In this document: positions 51,967 to 62,357 of the stretch, piece after piece | Layout of the letters: the number at the start of each line of letters is the position of its first letter | Numbering within the stretch: the stretch's first letter is position 1 | IMG/VR virus record: IMGVR_UViG_3300029319_000003 | Span: 1 to 64,000 of that record | Length of the DNA: 64,000 nt | Reading direction: 5' to 3' (one strand) | Source of the DNA: a virus | Program-made: the position numbers and the translations under genes | Notes under the pieces: generated by a model | Database searches by the model: none | What the model saw: only the letters and a program-made list of their open reading frames with translations | Told to the model about the DNA's origin: nothing

Positions 51967-53144
51967 TCTAACTCCTTCATTTGACCATAATTAGTTCCAA
52001 CAGCGAGATTGACCCTCATTTGACCCAGCGATGTGGCAGAAAAAGTGTTCAACAATTCCCCCAACATCAAGCGATCATCTTGGTGCAAATCAATCACAAC
52101 ACTGTCATGAAGACAGAAACTAATAAATGACTTCTTGCCCTCCAGCAGCCAATTAAGTGCAATCATTTGCCTCAACACCATGTCAGCAGTTGTGCTCTGG
52201 ATCAAATAATTCAAAGCATGATGGGCATCTGAACTAATAGATCGATCCCAAATGGTCGTCACTTGGCTTCCATTGAAGTACTTCTGTACCACCTTGTCTC
52301 GCTCGTACAGCCGACCCGAAAGATGATCATTTGAGTCGGGATTGTATAGCCAAGCAAAAATTCTTTCTTTGGCTTTCTCTCTTGTTCCTGCACCTCGATA
52401 AACATTCTTCAAATTCCAATCGTGTATGTCTTCTGCCGGCTGGTCCTTTCCAGACAAAGCCAGAAGCACTCGCAACTCTGCTGCGTTATAATCCAACTCC
52501 ACAAAATAGTCATTGGTTGGCTTAATAATTTTGCGATTGCGCTTGTCAAGATTGAGTATGGGAAAACTATTTTGCTCCAAACCTAAGCGACCTGTCTTTG
52601 TACCAAAGATATTATATTTTATGTGCTGTGTCGGCTGGGCTGTCATTCGCTGCCACAATCTCCGTGACCGGGGGGAGGCGCGATCAATTAAACTTGGGTC
52701 AATCTTTAACGGGCGGCTGGCAATCTCTGTGGTCAACTCCTGAAGATCTGCCAAAAATCTATAATTTGCTGGCTCATCGTGGGTATCGAAAACATGTTTC
52801 GAAATCTGGCTCTTAATATCGCAATACTCCATCAGAAACCTATGCGGCACCAAGTCAAAGAAGCAATTTTCGTCCAGCGACACCTTGGCGTTGATAAACG
52901 ACCGCAAATACGCCTTCAGGCGGTTAGAAATATAATCCCACTCTCCAGTCAAATCAGAAGGACATGCATCCTGCAAAGAAGCCCCGCCGCAGTACAGCCG
53001 AGCATATTTCACGTCAAGCCCCTTAAGGTAAGGTGCATATGACCATGTTTTTGTAAGACCGTCGGGCAGCGAACCCATCGTCAGTTCACCATCGGCGTAT
53101 ACACCAACGCACTCACCCTTGTCATCAAGAGTTTGAAAAATCAT
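51954..53144 (-). CDS. compact family-A DNA polymerase-like protein (polymerase domain only)
   Basis: TGRL, motif A LDYNAAELR, motif B REKAKERIFAWLY, NYLIQSTTAD, motif C LHDS. Confidence 0.8.
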   Translation of the reverse strand: MIFQTLDDKGECVGVYADGELTMGSLPDGLTKTWSYAPYLKGLDVKYARLYCGGASLQDACPSDLTGEWDYISNRLKAYLRSFINAKVSLDENCFFDLVPHRFLMEYCDIKSQISKHVFDTHDEPANYRFLADLQELTTEIASRPLKIDPSLIDRASPRSRRLWQRMTAQPTQHIKYNIFGTKTGRLGLEQNSFPILNLDKRNRKIIKPTNDYFVELDYNAAELRVLLALSGKDQPAEDIHDWNLKNVYRGAGTREKAKERIFAWLYNPDSNDHLSGRLYERDKVVQKYFNGSQVTTIWDRSISSDAHHALNYLIQSTTADMVLRQMIALNWLLEGKKSFISFCLHDSVVIDLHQDDRLMLGELLNTFSATSLGQMRVNLAVGTNYGQMKELEWTR

Positions 53145-53153
53145 CGACCCCTC

Positions 53154-54455
53154 TTAGAAGTAAAAAGTACCCGGCTCGTTGCTAAAAGCCATTTCCTCTA
53201 ATATACACGCAATTTCTGCATCTGTCAAGTTTTTTTGATCAAATACTGGAACAGTATAATCGTTTTTGAACTGATTGTTAATATATTTCATTGCAGTCTT
53301 CTTGTCAACATGTCTATTGAAATTTTGTGCTCTTTTCACAATTCTGTCAAACTGCATCTGATCCCAGTTTTTGTTCATTTCATGAGCACGAATAAAAACC
53401 AACATCCGAATCCAATAATCATCAGCATATCTTTCATCCAACTCAGCGCGTGTAATCTTTTTTCTCTCTGATAACACTGTGGTTGTGATCAGGCGACCCT
53501 TGTGCCGGCGAGTGACCAGTTCTTGTACCATTGGAGTCATAGTAACATACGAATTATAAAAGTCAAGCACATATGTTTTTAAAGTGTCCATGTCCGTCAA
53601 ATGAGACTTGTAAAAACCACGCTGGAACGCCTGAGCCGCATTATCGATATTGTACTCTTCCATATATCGCTGCATTGCGGGCGAGTCGAGGTCAGCATAT
53701 AGTCTCCAAGGGGCGTTCTTGTCAACATAAAACCCAAACTGCATGGCGGCTTGCCGGAAGAAACTAAAGTTGGCATTTTTAATAAACCCTCTGTATTTCA
53801 GATCATCATTATCGTGAGGCGCATCTTTTTCTATGTCGATAGCCAGTCCGCTAATCATTGGGTCGCAATACTTCGACATTAACCAATGACTTCTTGTGAC
53901 TGGGAAACCCCTGCCGATAAAGGCAGGGACATATTCATTTACAAAGAGTTGCACAAAAGACTTCCAGTCCACAAGGCGCTGTGCCTTAAGGCTGTTCTGA
54001 AGGAACTTGTCAGTAAACCCGGTGAAAATAAAACTAGCCCATTGATGATATGCCGAATGGGGCGACTGCCAGCCTCTTTTTGGCGCTAACGTCAAATACG
54101 GACCATCTTCCTTACTAATCTTGTTGCCATATGCCGCTTCCTTAAAATACTCTCGCAAGCCTTCGAACGCTTCAGCGACGTAATTCATCACCATATATGT
54201 TTTACCGTCTATGGTTCGTAACTGCTTTAACGGTGCTTCCGATGCAAAAACTGTGTCGCCCTCGGTGTCAATTCTGCCATAAAACGGCTTGTCATACCAA
54301 ACATCAATAGGCTTGGCTCCAATTTCAGGATAAGAATATTTTTTATATTTATCTCTCTGGTGGAACAGTGGATATGTCTTGAGTTTATTCTCTCCCTTGG
54401 GATTTGTAATAACTCTAGCGTTCGGTGTTGGCGGCAATTTTTTATATTTAGACAT
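53154..54455 (-). CDS. putative baseplate/tail-region protein
   Basis: 433 aa, last gene of the tail operon; function not recognisable. Confidence 0.6.
   Translation of the reverse strand: MSKYKKLPPTPNARVITNPKGENKLKTYPLFHQRDKYKKYSYPEIGAKPIDVWYDKPFYGRIDTEGDTVFASEAPLKQLRTIDGKTYMVMNYVAEAFEGLREYFKEAAYGNKISKEDGPYLTLAPKRGWQSPHSAYHQWASFIFTGFTDKFLQNSLKAQRLVDWKSFVQLFVNEYVPAFIGRGFPVTRSHWLMSKYCDPMISGLAIDIEKDAPHDNDDLKYRGFIKNANFSFFRQAAMQFGFYVDKNAPWRLYADLDSPAMQRYMEEYNIDNAAQAFQRGFYKSHLTDMDTLKTYVLDFYNSYVTMTPMVQELVTRRHKGRLITTTVLSERKKITRAELDERYADDYWIRMLVFIRAHEMNKNWDQMQFDRIVKRAQNFNRHVDKKTAMKYINNQFKNDYTVPVFDQKNLTDAEIACILEEMAFSNEPGTFYF
53200..53228 (-). promoter_or_regulatory. sigma70-like promoter for the polA-like and tubulin genes
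   Basis: TTGACA-17-TATATT. Confidence 0.75.
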
Positions 54456-57151
54456 TATGGCATCTCCATGTCAGCCGGAGCAGTTGGCATGCCATCAGTA
54501 TCTCCGTCGTCACCACAGGATTCCTCTGGGGTGTTTGGATCAGGCTGACCGTCGCCAAAGGCTGTAAATATGCACTCTACATCTGTGCTAAACTTGCCAC
54601 GCTCAATTGCACCCTTAGCCTTGAGGACAGTATAATATCCTCCGAGCCCCATGCCTTTGATTGCGTCAAACGTAGCACCCGGCGCGGAAGAAACGACCAT
54701 CGCCGGATCAACATACAACATCATTCCCGGTTTAAAAATGGAATTTCCGAACATTTCAACATCAACATTATAAGGCATCGGGCGATAATTGGGTGTATCT
54801 CCACCATCGGTGGGGTTTGTCATGTGACTCTCTCTCATGCCGGGTATTTCCATTTTTTTAAATTTCACCTTTTTGGTCAAACCACGATCACAACCCATCT
54901 TAATCCAAGGAATTCCCTCTTCGGCATCGCGTGCCTCTGCCTCTGCGTGACTAGGCTCCCAAGCGTTCAATGACCGTGCGCCTTGAGAGTTTGCATAAAC
55001 AATAAAGTAATCTCCAGACATTAATCCCATCCTGTTTTCTCCAGTTGGAAAAGGCTGGATTTCAGTCACCAGAATATTACCAAACGGCTCTTCAGATGGT
55101 TGATTGGACATTCTGTCTTTCGGACCATCAGCAAACGGCGCATTGACAGTGGTCATGGAAACCCGTGTTCTGGTGCCTCGCATTTCATTGCCAAAGCATC
55201 GCGGAGATAACGCTGGACCGATAAGTGTTGTAATCGTATCTTTAATAAAATCTTTAAGAGCATACTTTTCGCGCTCTGGCTTAACCACCTTATCCAAAAA
55301 CCAGACATTGAACAACTCCAAAGAAATGGGAATGTCTGCGAGGCAGTAGTTTTTGACCTCTTGAGTAAAAGGATCCGATATGCGTATCGGTCCAACTACT
55401 GGTCGTAACTCTTTCAAACTTCTTGGAGCCTCGTCCCGACGCAGAACAGACAGCGCAACATCCAGCAAGTCACCGTAATAAAAGTAAAACATTTTTTCTT
55501 TGGTTGAGGCGGTATCATCAGGGGTCTGCCGATCTCGCAAACGATCTACGTCCTCTGTTCGATGTTCTGCTGTTCTCTCGGCACCTTGGATGCCAAGCGA
55601 GCCACGATCTGCAATATCTGTGCCGATGCCATCCAATTGGCGATTTAAATTTTGTCTACCGCCGGTGGATGCAAAATCCGATTGTGCAGCAGCAACGGCT
55701 GCTTGGTCGTTTCGATCCACAACTTGATTTGCCCATGATGGATTGGGATCACGCCCTCGCTCGGCGCGGCGTTCTGCTGCTGCCCTGTCAGTCAACTGCC
55801 CGCCTCTTATATTAAAATCCGGTCCTACAAGCATGTCTACTTCTGCAAGGACAGCGCCCATCTCTTCGATCTGCTCGTTCTCAAGAGTAATACTAAAAAT
55901 ACCATTTCGATTGTACAACTGCTCCATCATATTACCATAAATAATATTCCTGTTATACATGTTTCGAATTGCAATGTTTTCACGCTCTCTTTCTTGATCT
56001 TCTGTGACCTCTTCCTCATTGTGATTTTCGTCATTATAAGAGCCAAGCCATCCCTGTCGTTGCGTGCCACCGGTGCAGGCGTCTTGCTCTTTTGCATCAG
56101 CCAGTTCATCATCCATTTCTTCTAGTCGCGCAGCATCTGCTGCCATTTGTTCCTGAACGCTTAGATTGGGGTCATTGCCTAATTGCTCTTGTGGAGATTG
56201 ACGGTGCATGCTCAATGAGAACAAACCGGGCTCTTGAGTGAAGCCCCTGTCGGTATTTCCAGAGCCCTCCAGTCCTGCCAAAAGTGCATCTGCTTCTGGA
56301 ACGTCTAAACTCCCTTCGGCAGCGGCAATATAGTCAATCGTTACTTCGCATGAACCGTCATTTTTAAAATCAATTTCATGACCCGTGTAGTTTAAGAAGT
56401 AGGTTGAAGTGGCGTTTAAAACAGCCTCTCGGAATGTTGCAAGATCTTCTGTGGGAGTAGTTATATTTTCACCATAATTTGCCGGCAATGGCGCATAGCC
56501 AACAACAACCTTAAATCGAAAATATTCTGGATTGTAGCCGCCGGCTCTTAAAATTCTTCCTTCCGCTGATGGGTTGAACATCTCTAAAAATCGGAATTGG
56601 TGAAGCCCCCCATTTTCATCGGCTATACCAGTGTGAAGCGTAAACATGTCATCTAAAGACGAAAACCTCAATTTCATCTTTGCCTCAATTACGCGAGATG
56701 CTTCAGCGGGGTTGGATCCCGCAAGTTCCCATTCAAAAGATTTAATTCCATTGCCGGGAACGCGACCGCCATGCCGTGCCGTAATATTCTCGACGGAGGA
56801 TGGATCCATGTGATCATCAAACGGAATCTCTATGTGAGCCTGATTTGTCCCATCTTCGTTCGGATAAAAAACTTTATATACTTTTATGCGAGGCACCAGA
56901 GCAGAAACTTCTGCCGGAGTTGCATTCATTAAGTAGCCGACATTCCCCGGCGACACTAACTTTTGGACCATTGCCTGTGGGGATGACGAAGTATCGGAAC
57001 CCCCCGAATACAGTTTTGCAAAATTTGGATATGGATGACCACTGTTTTTACCACAAAAAAGATCCAAGTAAGTCGTGAAGAAACACTGCTGCTGAAACCT
57101 TACGGATTCTTCGCGCTGCTCGTCATCGCCAATAACTTCATCATCTGCCAT
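54455..57151 (-). CDS. baseplate hub-like protein
   Basis: 898 aa after the LysM-like gene; C-terminal V.MFGN..FKPGM..Y.D...GGYY.V....IE.G.F.T pattern of gp27/gpD-type hubs. Confidence 0.6.
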   Translation of the reverse strand: MADDEVIGDDEQREESVRFQQQCFFTTYLDLFCGKNSGHPYPNFAKLYSGGSDTSSSPQAMVQKLVSPGNVGYLMNATPAEVSALVPRIKVYKVFYPNEDGTNQAHIEIPFDDHMDPSSVENITARHGGRVPGNGIKSFEWELAGSNPAEASRVIEAKMKLRFSSLDDMFTLHTGIADENGGLHQFRFLEMFNPSAEGRILRAGGYNPEYFRFKVVVGYAPLPANYGENITTPTEDLATFREAVLNATSTYFLNYTGHEIDFKNDGSCEVTIDYIAAAEGSLDVPEADALLAGLEGSGNTDRGFTQEPGLFSLSMHRQSPQEQLGNDPNLSVQEQMAADAARLEEMDDELADAKEQDACTGGTQRQGWLGSYNDENHNEEEVTEDQERERENIAIRNMYNRNIIYGNMMEQLYNRNGIFSITLENEQIEEMGAVLAEVDMLVGPDFNIRGGQLTDRAAAERRAERGRDPNPSWANQVVDRNDQAAVAAAQSDFASTGGRQNLNRQLDGIGTDIADRGSLGIQGAERTAEHRTEDVDRLRDRQTPDDTASTKEKMFYFYYGDLLDVALSVLRRDEAPRSLKELRPVVGPIRISDPFTQEVKNYCLADIPISLELFNVWFLDKVVKPEREKYALKDFIKDTITTLIGPALSPRCFGNEMRGTRTRVSMTTVNAPFADGPKDRMSNQPSEEPFGNILVTEIQPFPTGENRMGLMSGDYFIVYANSQGARSLNAWEPSHAEAEARDAEEGIPWIKMGCDRGLTKKVKFKKMEIPGMRESHMTNPTDGGDTPNYRPMPYNVDVEMFGNSIFKPGMMLYVDPAMVVSSAPGATFDAIKGMGLGGYYTVLKAKGAIERGKFSTDVECIFTAFGDGQPDPNTPEESCGDDGDTDGMPTAPADMEMP

Positions 57152-57166
57152 AATCTATGCTCCTAA

Positions 57167-57508
57167 TCAACCAAGTCGCAACATGTCAAACACCTTATGA
57201 AGCGGCATTGGAATTTTAATCACATCTCCAATCTTAACATGCGCCTCTGTCGGCGTTTGGTTAAACCATGCGATGACCCACCAATACTCTGGCTTGCCAT
57301 AATACTTGTGAGCCAATTTATAAAATCGATCTCCCCGAACCCAAATATGACCATGACGCTCTAATGTGCGAATCTGCTCCACGGTGGGGTGCGACATGTT
57401 CGCAGTCATGTATTGCATAATGTGTTTAACATTCCTTTCACGAAATACCTCACTATACATTCTGCTTTTATTTTTTCTGATCTCACGACCACCGTTTCTT
57501 TTAGCCAT
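57167..57508 (-). CDS. LysM-like/gp53-like baseplate protein
   Basis: GDRFYKLAHKYYGKPEYWWVIAWFN...IGDVIKIP. Confidence 0.8.
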   Translation of the reverse strand: MAKRNGGREIRKNKSRMYSEVFRERNVKHIMQYMTANMSHPTVEQIRTLERHGHIWVRGDRFYKLAHKYYGKPEYWWVIAWFNQTPTEAHVKIGDVIKIPMPLHKVFDMLRLG

Positions 57509-58248
57509 CAGGTTCCCTCCATATCAGCGGCATCTGCTGCTTGCCACGGCATTGCTGAAGGGTCACTATTTGCGTTTCCACCTGAAGCCCAGTCCTCGGG
57601 ACCGGGGGGTGGATCGCCTTGACCTTCTCCATATGGGAAGGGGTCGAACCCTTCCCTTGCACCACCGCCGCTGGAGTATCCAAGGCGGTGAGTGTGTAAA
57701 ACATTTAGATCACACGACAGTTCCAAAATTTTGGGATACAGCAACCCATCAGAAGGAACAAACATGCCTTCATCTAAGTTGGGCGAAAACTCAAACCCTG
57801 AAACAGTACACAACAGCCCAGCAGACTCGGCAGAAGCACCATCAGCGGATGCTCCCATAGCAGCGTCTTGAATTAGGTTTGTAAACTTAACTTTAAACAG
57901 TGGCGCACCGCGCAAACCAGCGGCACCAGCGCCTCCTTCGTCATATGTTGGATACAGCATAGAAAATAATTTTTCACACTTTTGCATATTAAATCGCGCC
58001 TCGTCTGTGTGTGCCGAGACAATCGTCCATCCAATATTCAGCGAACGCTTTGTGCCAGAATAAGTTTGGATTTCATCCATTCGACCATACACCGACTCAG
58101 ACTCCCAAGCGGTTTCATAAGAGTCACTGTAATCGGTAAGCATTGCCCGAAAGGTTACACTCTCGCCCAAAAGAACACTAAAAAACTCAATCGTGAGTTT
58201 TGCGTTCTCTGCAACATTTAAACCTAAGTCTCCGTAGATCTGTGCCAT
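57508..58248 (-). CDS. tail-tube-initiator/baseplate (gp48/gp54-like) protein
   Basis: D.Y...W....VYGRMD....Y.GT.RS; ACTAGTTA upstream. Confidence 0.65.
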   Translation of the reverse strand: MAQIYGDLGLNVAENAKLTIEFFSVLLGESVTFRAMLTDYSDSYETAWESESVYGRMDEIQTYSGTKRSLNIGWTIVSAHTDEARFNMQKCEKLFSMLYPTYDEGGAGAAGLRGAPLFKVKFTNLIQDAAMGASADGASAESAGLLCTVSGFEFSPNLDEGMFVPSDGLLYPKILELSCDLNVLHTHRLGYSSGGGAREGFDPFPYGEGQGDPPPGPEDWASGGNANSDPSAMPWQAADAADMEGT

Positions 58249-58274
58249 TTGCCCACTCCTTATGACCTAACTAG

Positions 58275-61200
58275 TTAACTGCCAAATATAACATTGTTCT
58301 TCTTGTTCATGGCAACCTCGACGGCGCGGGCAAACTCTCTCTCATTGAGGACCATAACAATTTCTTTGTTACTTTCGCTTGATGCCGTCATTGCTTTTGC
58401 ACTGGACTCAAGAGCACGCAAGAAGGGGTCGAACATTGGCCACCTCATGTCATCTTGAATCTCTTCATAGCGCTGTGCCTGATCAACCAATTGCATTGTA
58501 TTATCAACAACTTGTGGAGTGACCTTGACCCCGGCGTCTGCAAGTTTTTCCCAAGAATCGGCATAAACACCGAATGTAATCATCTTCTTCGTCGGCATCA
58601 TCCATAGCGCCCACGCCATCGACCAAATTGCACTCGATAGCATCCAAATTCCAGCCGCCATGCGGAACAATGGAGACTCGGCTATCGTCTGGAACAATTC
58701 CATAAGTTGCTCCATCACATCCATACTGTTTCGCAACTGCTCAAGCGCTTGATGGAAAACTAAGGTGGCTTCGCCCACTCTCTCCATAGAAAATACAAAC
58801 ATATTGAATGCCCACGAACTCTTTGCAATCATCAGCAACGCCAAGTTAAGCGGGAACATGGCATAAGCAATTTTGCGAAGACCCTTCGCAGTCTTCTTCA
58901 TGTTGGTCATGTTTGATAGCGCGGTAAAGATAACGCCTAACGCGGCACCTGTTTCGGGAGGGATTTTAGCAAATGCATCTGCAAGCATATTAATAACTCT
59001 TCCGAGAGAGCGAACACCCTTACTAAAGCCGGGAACCAGCGCTGCGAGTCCGAAAGCGATGAGCCCTGCTCCAAGAACCATCAGAGCCGGTCCTAACATT
59101 AGCAACCCAAGGGCGATTGCGGGCATTGATGACGCAATCGGTCCTAACAGCACCAGCAGGTTTACAAGTTGAGTCAGGGCACTCCCGCCGAGTGTCATGC
59201 CGAGGAAGATAAAAATCATCGCAATAAAAAACAAGACTGCTGCTGGAAGTAAGAATAGTGACCCGATAAAGAAGAAGAAAGCCCCGAACATCAACAATGG
59301 TCCCGCGAGCGCTATAGCCAGTGCAAACGGAATAAGAAGTCCGGTAACAGTTGCAAGAGAAGAACCTCCTAGCATGTTAATTGCCACAGCGAATATTAAG
59401 AATGCGACGGCAGCAATCATCATCGCAACGCCAAGGAAGATCAGCGCCTGCGCCATTATTATCATTGCTGTTGCGGCAACGGGTGCAATCGGAGCCAGAG
59501 CAGCGAAGATCATAATCAACCCTGCCACAACAAGACCCAAAAACAATAATGCCAGCGCAGCCAAGAATGCCTGACCGGGGGTTTGCATCAAAAGCCAAAT
59601 AAGGACAACAAACGACACCACAATCACGATCACGGCAAGAGCAACCATTGCAATCGCAATAGCCAGCGCGATAGCGGCTAACGCCACAAAGATAACAATC
59701 GGAAGAGCCGCATACAACACGGCAGTAAGAGCACCGAACGCAGGAGTTGCACCAGCAGAGGCTACACCTGCGGCTGTCGTTCCAGCAGCAGAGCCACCCA
59801 TCGCTACACCAAAGAAGGTCGCCACACCGGCGGCAATTCCCTTAATAGTCGTTATGACCCCCATGATCATTGCATATGCTTTTGACACCACGGTCAATGT
59901 AATAAAAATACCTACAAGAATACCGAACGCGGTAACGAGGAAATCCGCAACTGGACCCATGCTCAAAAAGCCATCCAACAGAAAGTGGATTCCCGAAACT
60001 AGCGGCTCGACTGCTACTGCCAACATTCCCATGATTGCATGCATTTTATCCATCATGGTTGCCGTTGCCGCTGTCGCTTCTGCAAGTTGTTCTTCGCTAA
60101 CTGCTGCTTCCTCCGCTGCTGCTTGTGCTTCTTGCACCCCGCTAGCACCGGTAGCAAATAATTTTTGTGCCTCTGCCATGTCGGTGATGCCAGCGGCATT
60201 AGCAAGAGCCTTTTGTTCGAACCTATCCATTGAATCCCAAGACTTGCCTGATGCAGCAACTCCGTCGAGGATCATCTGAATTCTTTCGTCTTCCGAGGCG
60301 TTCAACAGATCCATTGAGTTGAGAAGATCGCCGCCGAGGACAGCGTTCAGTTGCCCTGCGGCTTGTGCCGCACCTTCGAACGTATCCATGCCCTCGGTTA
60401 TTGCAATCAAAGACTGGACTTCCAATCCGGTAGCCTTTGCTGTTGCTGCAAGTTTCTTAAACACAGCCGGCGCATCTTTACCATATTTTGCCAAGGTCGG
60501 CATTGCCGCTTCAAAACCAGCCGCCATTTCAGCAGGGGCAATTCCTAGACCAATTGCTGTTCTAGCCAAATCGCTGTTGACAGCCATCGCTTCGTTTGCC
60601 GTCATTCCCATGCCAGTCACAAACTGGTTATTAAGATTTGCGGTTGTCTGGGTTGAAACACCAAGACGATCCAATGCCGCTGCTTGACCGGCGACCGCTG
60701 CTTGGGCTTCGGCTGGCAATCCAGAAAATGCTGCCATGCCACTTTGCAAAGATGCAACCGCTGCACCGGCTTCTGCCATGTTTACACCGAACTGTCTGGT
60801 ATCTGCCTGAACGTCCATCATGACGCCCCGCATTGAGTGACCTTGACCCGTTGCAGCAGCAAGAGAGGCACCTGCTTGATCGACCTCCAGAACCATCATC
60901 ATCGTGGACTGGACAATCTTTGTGCCGATGCTGTAAAGAATGTCGGCTGGGTTTAGCGCTTCTTTAATGCCATCTGTAACAGCACCCCAGCCACCTTCTG
61001 TGGCGAAAACCTGACCTAAATAAGAGTCCTGCCAACTTGAAAGCCCAAGAGCGCCTTGCAGCGTTTTTTTCGATGCGGCGGTGATCCGATCTTGAGCATC
61101 CATCTGCTCATTTTGCTTGTCAAGAATCTCTTCCTGCTTTTGAAGAGTCTTTTCTAATTCTGCATTATAAGTGCCTGCTGCCTGTGCAGCCGCACGAATG

Positions 61201-61442
61201 TTGGCAATCTCAGTTGCTCGCAGATCATTTTGGGCACGTTGTTTATCACGCCCGTCATCCATAAGATCAACAAGGATCTGCTCATTAGCAACGGATTCCT
61301 GTTGAGCAGAGATCGTGTCCCGAATGGCTTGGGCTTTTGCCTTTGCTTTATCAGTACCTTCCTGCTCTAATTGATTAATCCGCTCAAGAATTGCTTCATA
61401 TTCTTCTGCAAGTGCTGGATCTGGTCCATTTCCCTCTGACAT
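58275..61442 (-). CDS. tail tape-measure protein
   Basis: 1055 aa, Ala/Gly-rich helical, with a long hydrophobic segment; precedes the baseplate genes. Confidence 0.85.
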   Translation of the reverse strand: MSEGNGPDPALAEEYEAILERINQLEQEGTDKAKAKAQAIRDTISAQQESVANEQILVDLMDDGRDKQRAQNDLRATEIANIRAAAQAAGTYNAELEKTLQKQEEILDKQNEQMDAQDRITAASKKTLQGALGLSSWQDSYLGQVFATEGGWGAVTDGIKEALNPADILYSIGTKIVQSTMMMVLEVDQAGASLAAATGQGHSMRGVMMDVQADTRQFGVNMAEAGAAVASLQSGMAAFSGLPAEAQAAVAGQAAALDRLGVSTQTTANLNNQFVTGMGMTANEAMAVNSDLARTAIGLGIAPAEMAAGFEAAMPTLAKYGKDAPAVFKKLAATAKATGLEVQSLIAITEGMDTFEGAAQAAGQLNAVLGGDLLNSMDLLNASEDERIQMILDGVAASGKSWDSMDRFEQKALANAAGITDMAEAQKLFATGASGVQEAQAAAEEAAVSEEQLAEATAATATMMDKMHAIMGMLAVAVEPLVSGIHFLLDGFLSMGPVADFLVTAFGILVGIFITLTVVSKAYAMIMGVITTIKGIAAGVATFFGVAMGGSAAGTTAAGVASAGATPAFGALTAVLYAALPIVIFVALAAIALAIAIAMVALAVIVIVVSFVVLIWLLMQTPGQAFLAALALLFLGLVVAGLIMIFAALAPIAPVAATAMIIMAQALIFLGVAMMIAAVAFLIFAVAINMLGGSSLATVTGLLIPFALAIALAGPLLMFGAFFFFIGSLFLLPAAVLFFIAMIFIFLGMTLGGSALTQLVNLLVLLGPIASSMPAIALGLLMLGPALMVLGAGLIAFGLAALVPGFSKGVRSLGRVINMLADAFAKIPPETGAALGVIFTALSNMTNMKKTAKGLRKIAYAMFPLNLALLMIAKSSWAFNMFVFSMERVGEATLVFHQALEQLRNSMDVMEQLMELFQTIAESPLFRMAAGIWMLSSAIWSMAWALWMMPTKKMITFGVYADSWEKLADAGVKVTPQVVDNTMQLVDQAQRYEEIQDDMRWPMFDPFLRALESSAKAMTASSESNKEIVMVLNEREFARAVEVAMNKKNNVIFGS

Positions 61443-61463
61443 GGATGGCGGGCTCCCTTAAAA

Positions 61464-61799
61464 CTAATCTTTAAATGGCCACTTCAGACCCGTAGTCCTT
61501 TCGAACTTACTAATTGACTTATTTAATTTAAACTTGTTCTTGTATGTCCTTGGATCGTTAAGACCATATTTTGCGGCTGACTTCATGTACTTCTTCTCGC
61601 CGCTGAGTGCTCTAGCGAAAGACGAAACTTCACGCTTACTACCCTTTACACGAACAGGAATTGCCGAACCGCCGAACATCGCTTTCATAATAGATTCGAT
61701 GCCAAAGCCAAGCATGCGTAGCCAACTTTCGCTGACCTCGCCTCTTCGGGCAACGCCCAAATCAATCTCAATTGGTGCAATATCATTAGTGTCCTGCAT
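61464..61799 (-). CDS. conserved late hypothetical protein
   Basis: 111 aa ending KFERTTGLKWPF; ACTACTTA upstream. Confidence 0.7.
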   Translation of the reverse strand: MQDTNDIAPIEIDLGVARRGEVSESWLRMLGFGIESIMKAMFGGSAIPVRVKGSKREVSSFARALSGEKKYMKSAAKYGLNDPRTYKNKFKLNKSISKFERTTGLKWPFKD

Positions 61800-61899
61800 G
61801 TGGTCTTCTCCTTGAAATATAAAAACGCTTACTCATAAGTAGTGCCGAAATCCAAAAGCCGTCACTCGCATTTCACCATCAGAGGCTCAATCGGGCGAT

Positions 61900-62088
61900 T
61901 TATTCGTCTTCGTTTTTCTTGATAATTTCTTTGCAGACCAGTTCAGAGCGCTTGATACTTCTCATTTTTAAAACTTCTTCAATCAGCGTTTCTCGATCTG
62001 TCTCTTCTTTAATTTTTTTAACGGATTCATCCGTGGCATTCCGCAGATATGCCAATATCTTCCAGTTGAGTTTATCCTCATTATTCAT
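61900..62088 (-). CDS. hypothetical protein
   Basis: 62 aa, SD GGAGGG. Confidence 0.6.
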   Translation of the reverse strand: MNNEDKLNWKILAYLRNATDESVKKIKEETDRETLIEEVLKMRSIKRSELVCKEIIKKNEDE

Positions 62089-62123
62089 TGTAGTTTCCCT
62101 CCTACAAAACCTATTCTACAATT

Positions 62124-62354
62124 TTACAGCGCCAGCCATCCTGCGATCCCGAGTATGGATATACCCCCTAATAATGCGGTAATCGCAGTGAACATAAATA
62201 GTTTTTCTGACAGTGAAAGCCTCGGTTTAAAATCTTTTTTCAACATTTCGCGAACTAAAGCATCAAACTCTTCATCAGTACCTTCATGAATTGCACTGGC
62301 AACTCTTTTCTCATCCATAATCTTTTGAAGTTCAATGATGTTGTTCTCTTCCAT
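62124..62354 (-). CDS. small protein with a C-terminal TM helix
   Basis: LFMFTAITALLGGISILGIAGWLAL. Confidence 0.6.
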   Translation of the reverse strand: MEENNIIELQKIMDEKRVASAIHEGTDEEFDALVREMLKKDFKPRLSLSEKLFMFTAITALLGGISILGIAGWLAL

Positions 62355-62357
62355 GTT

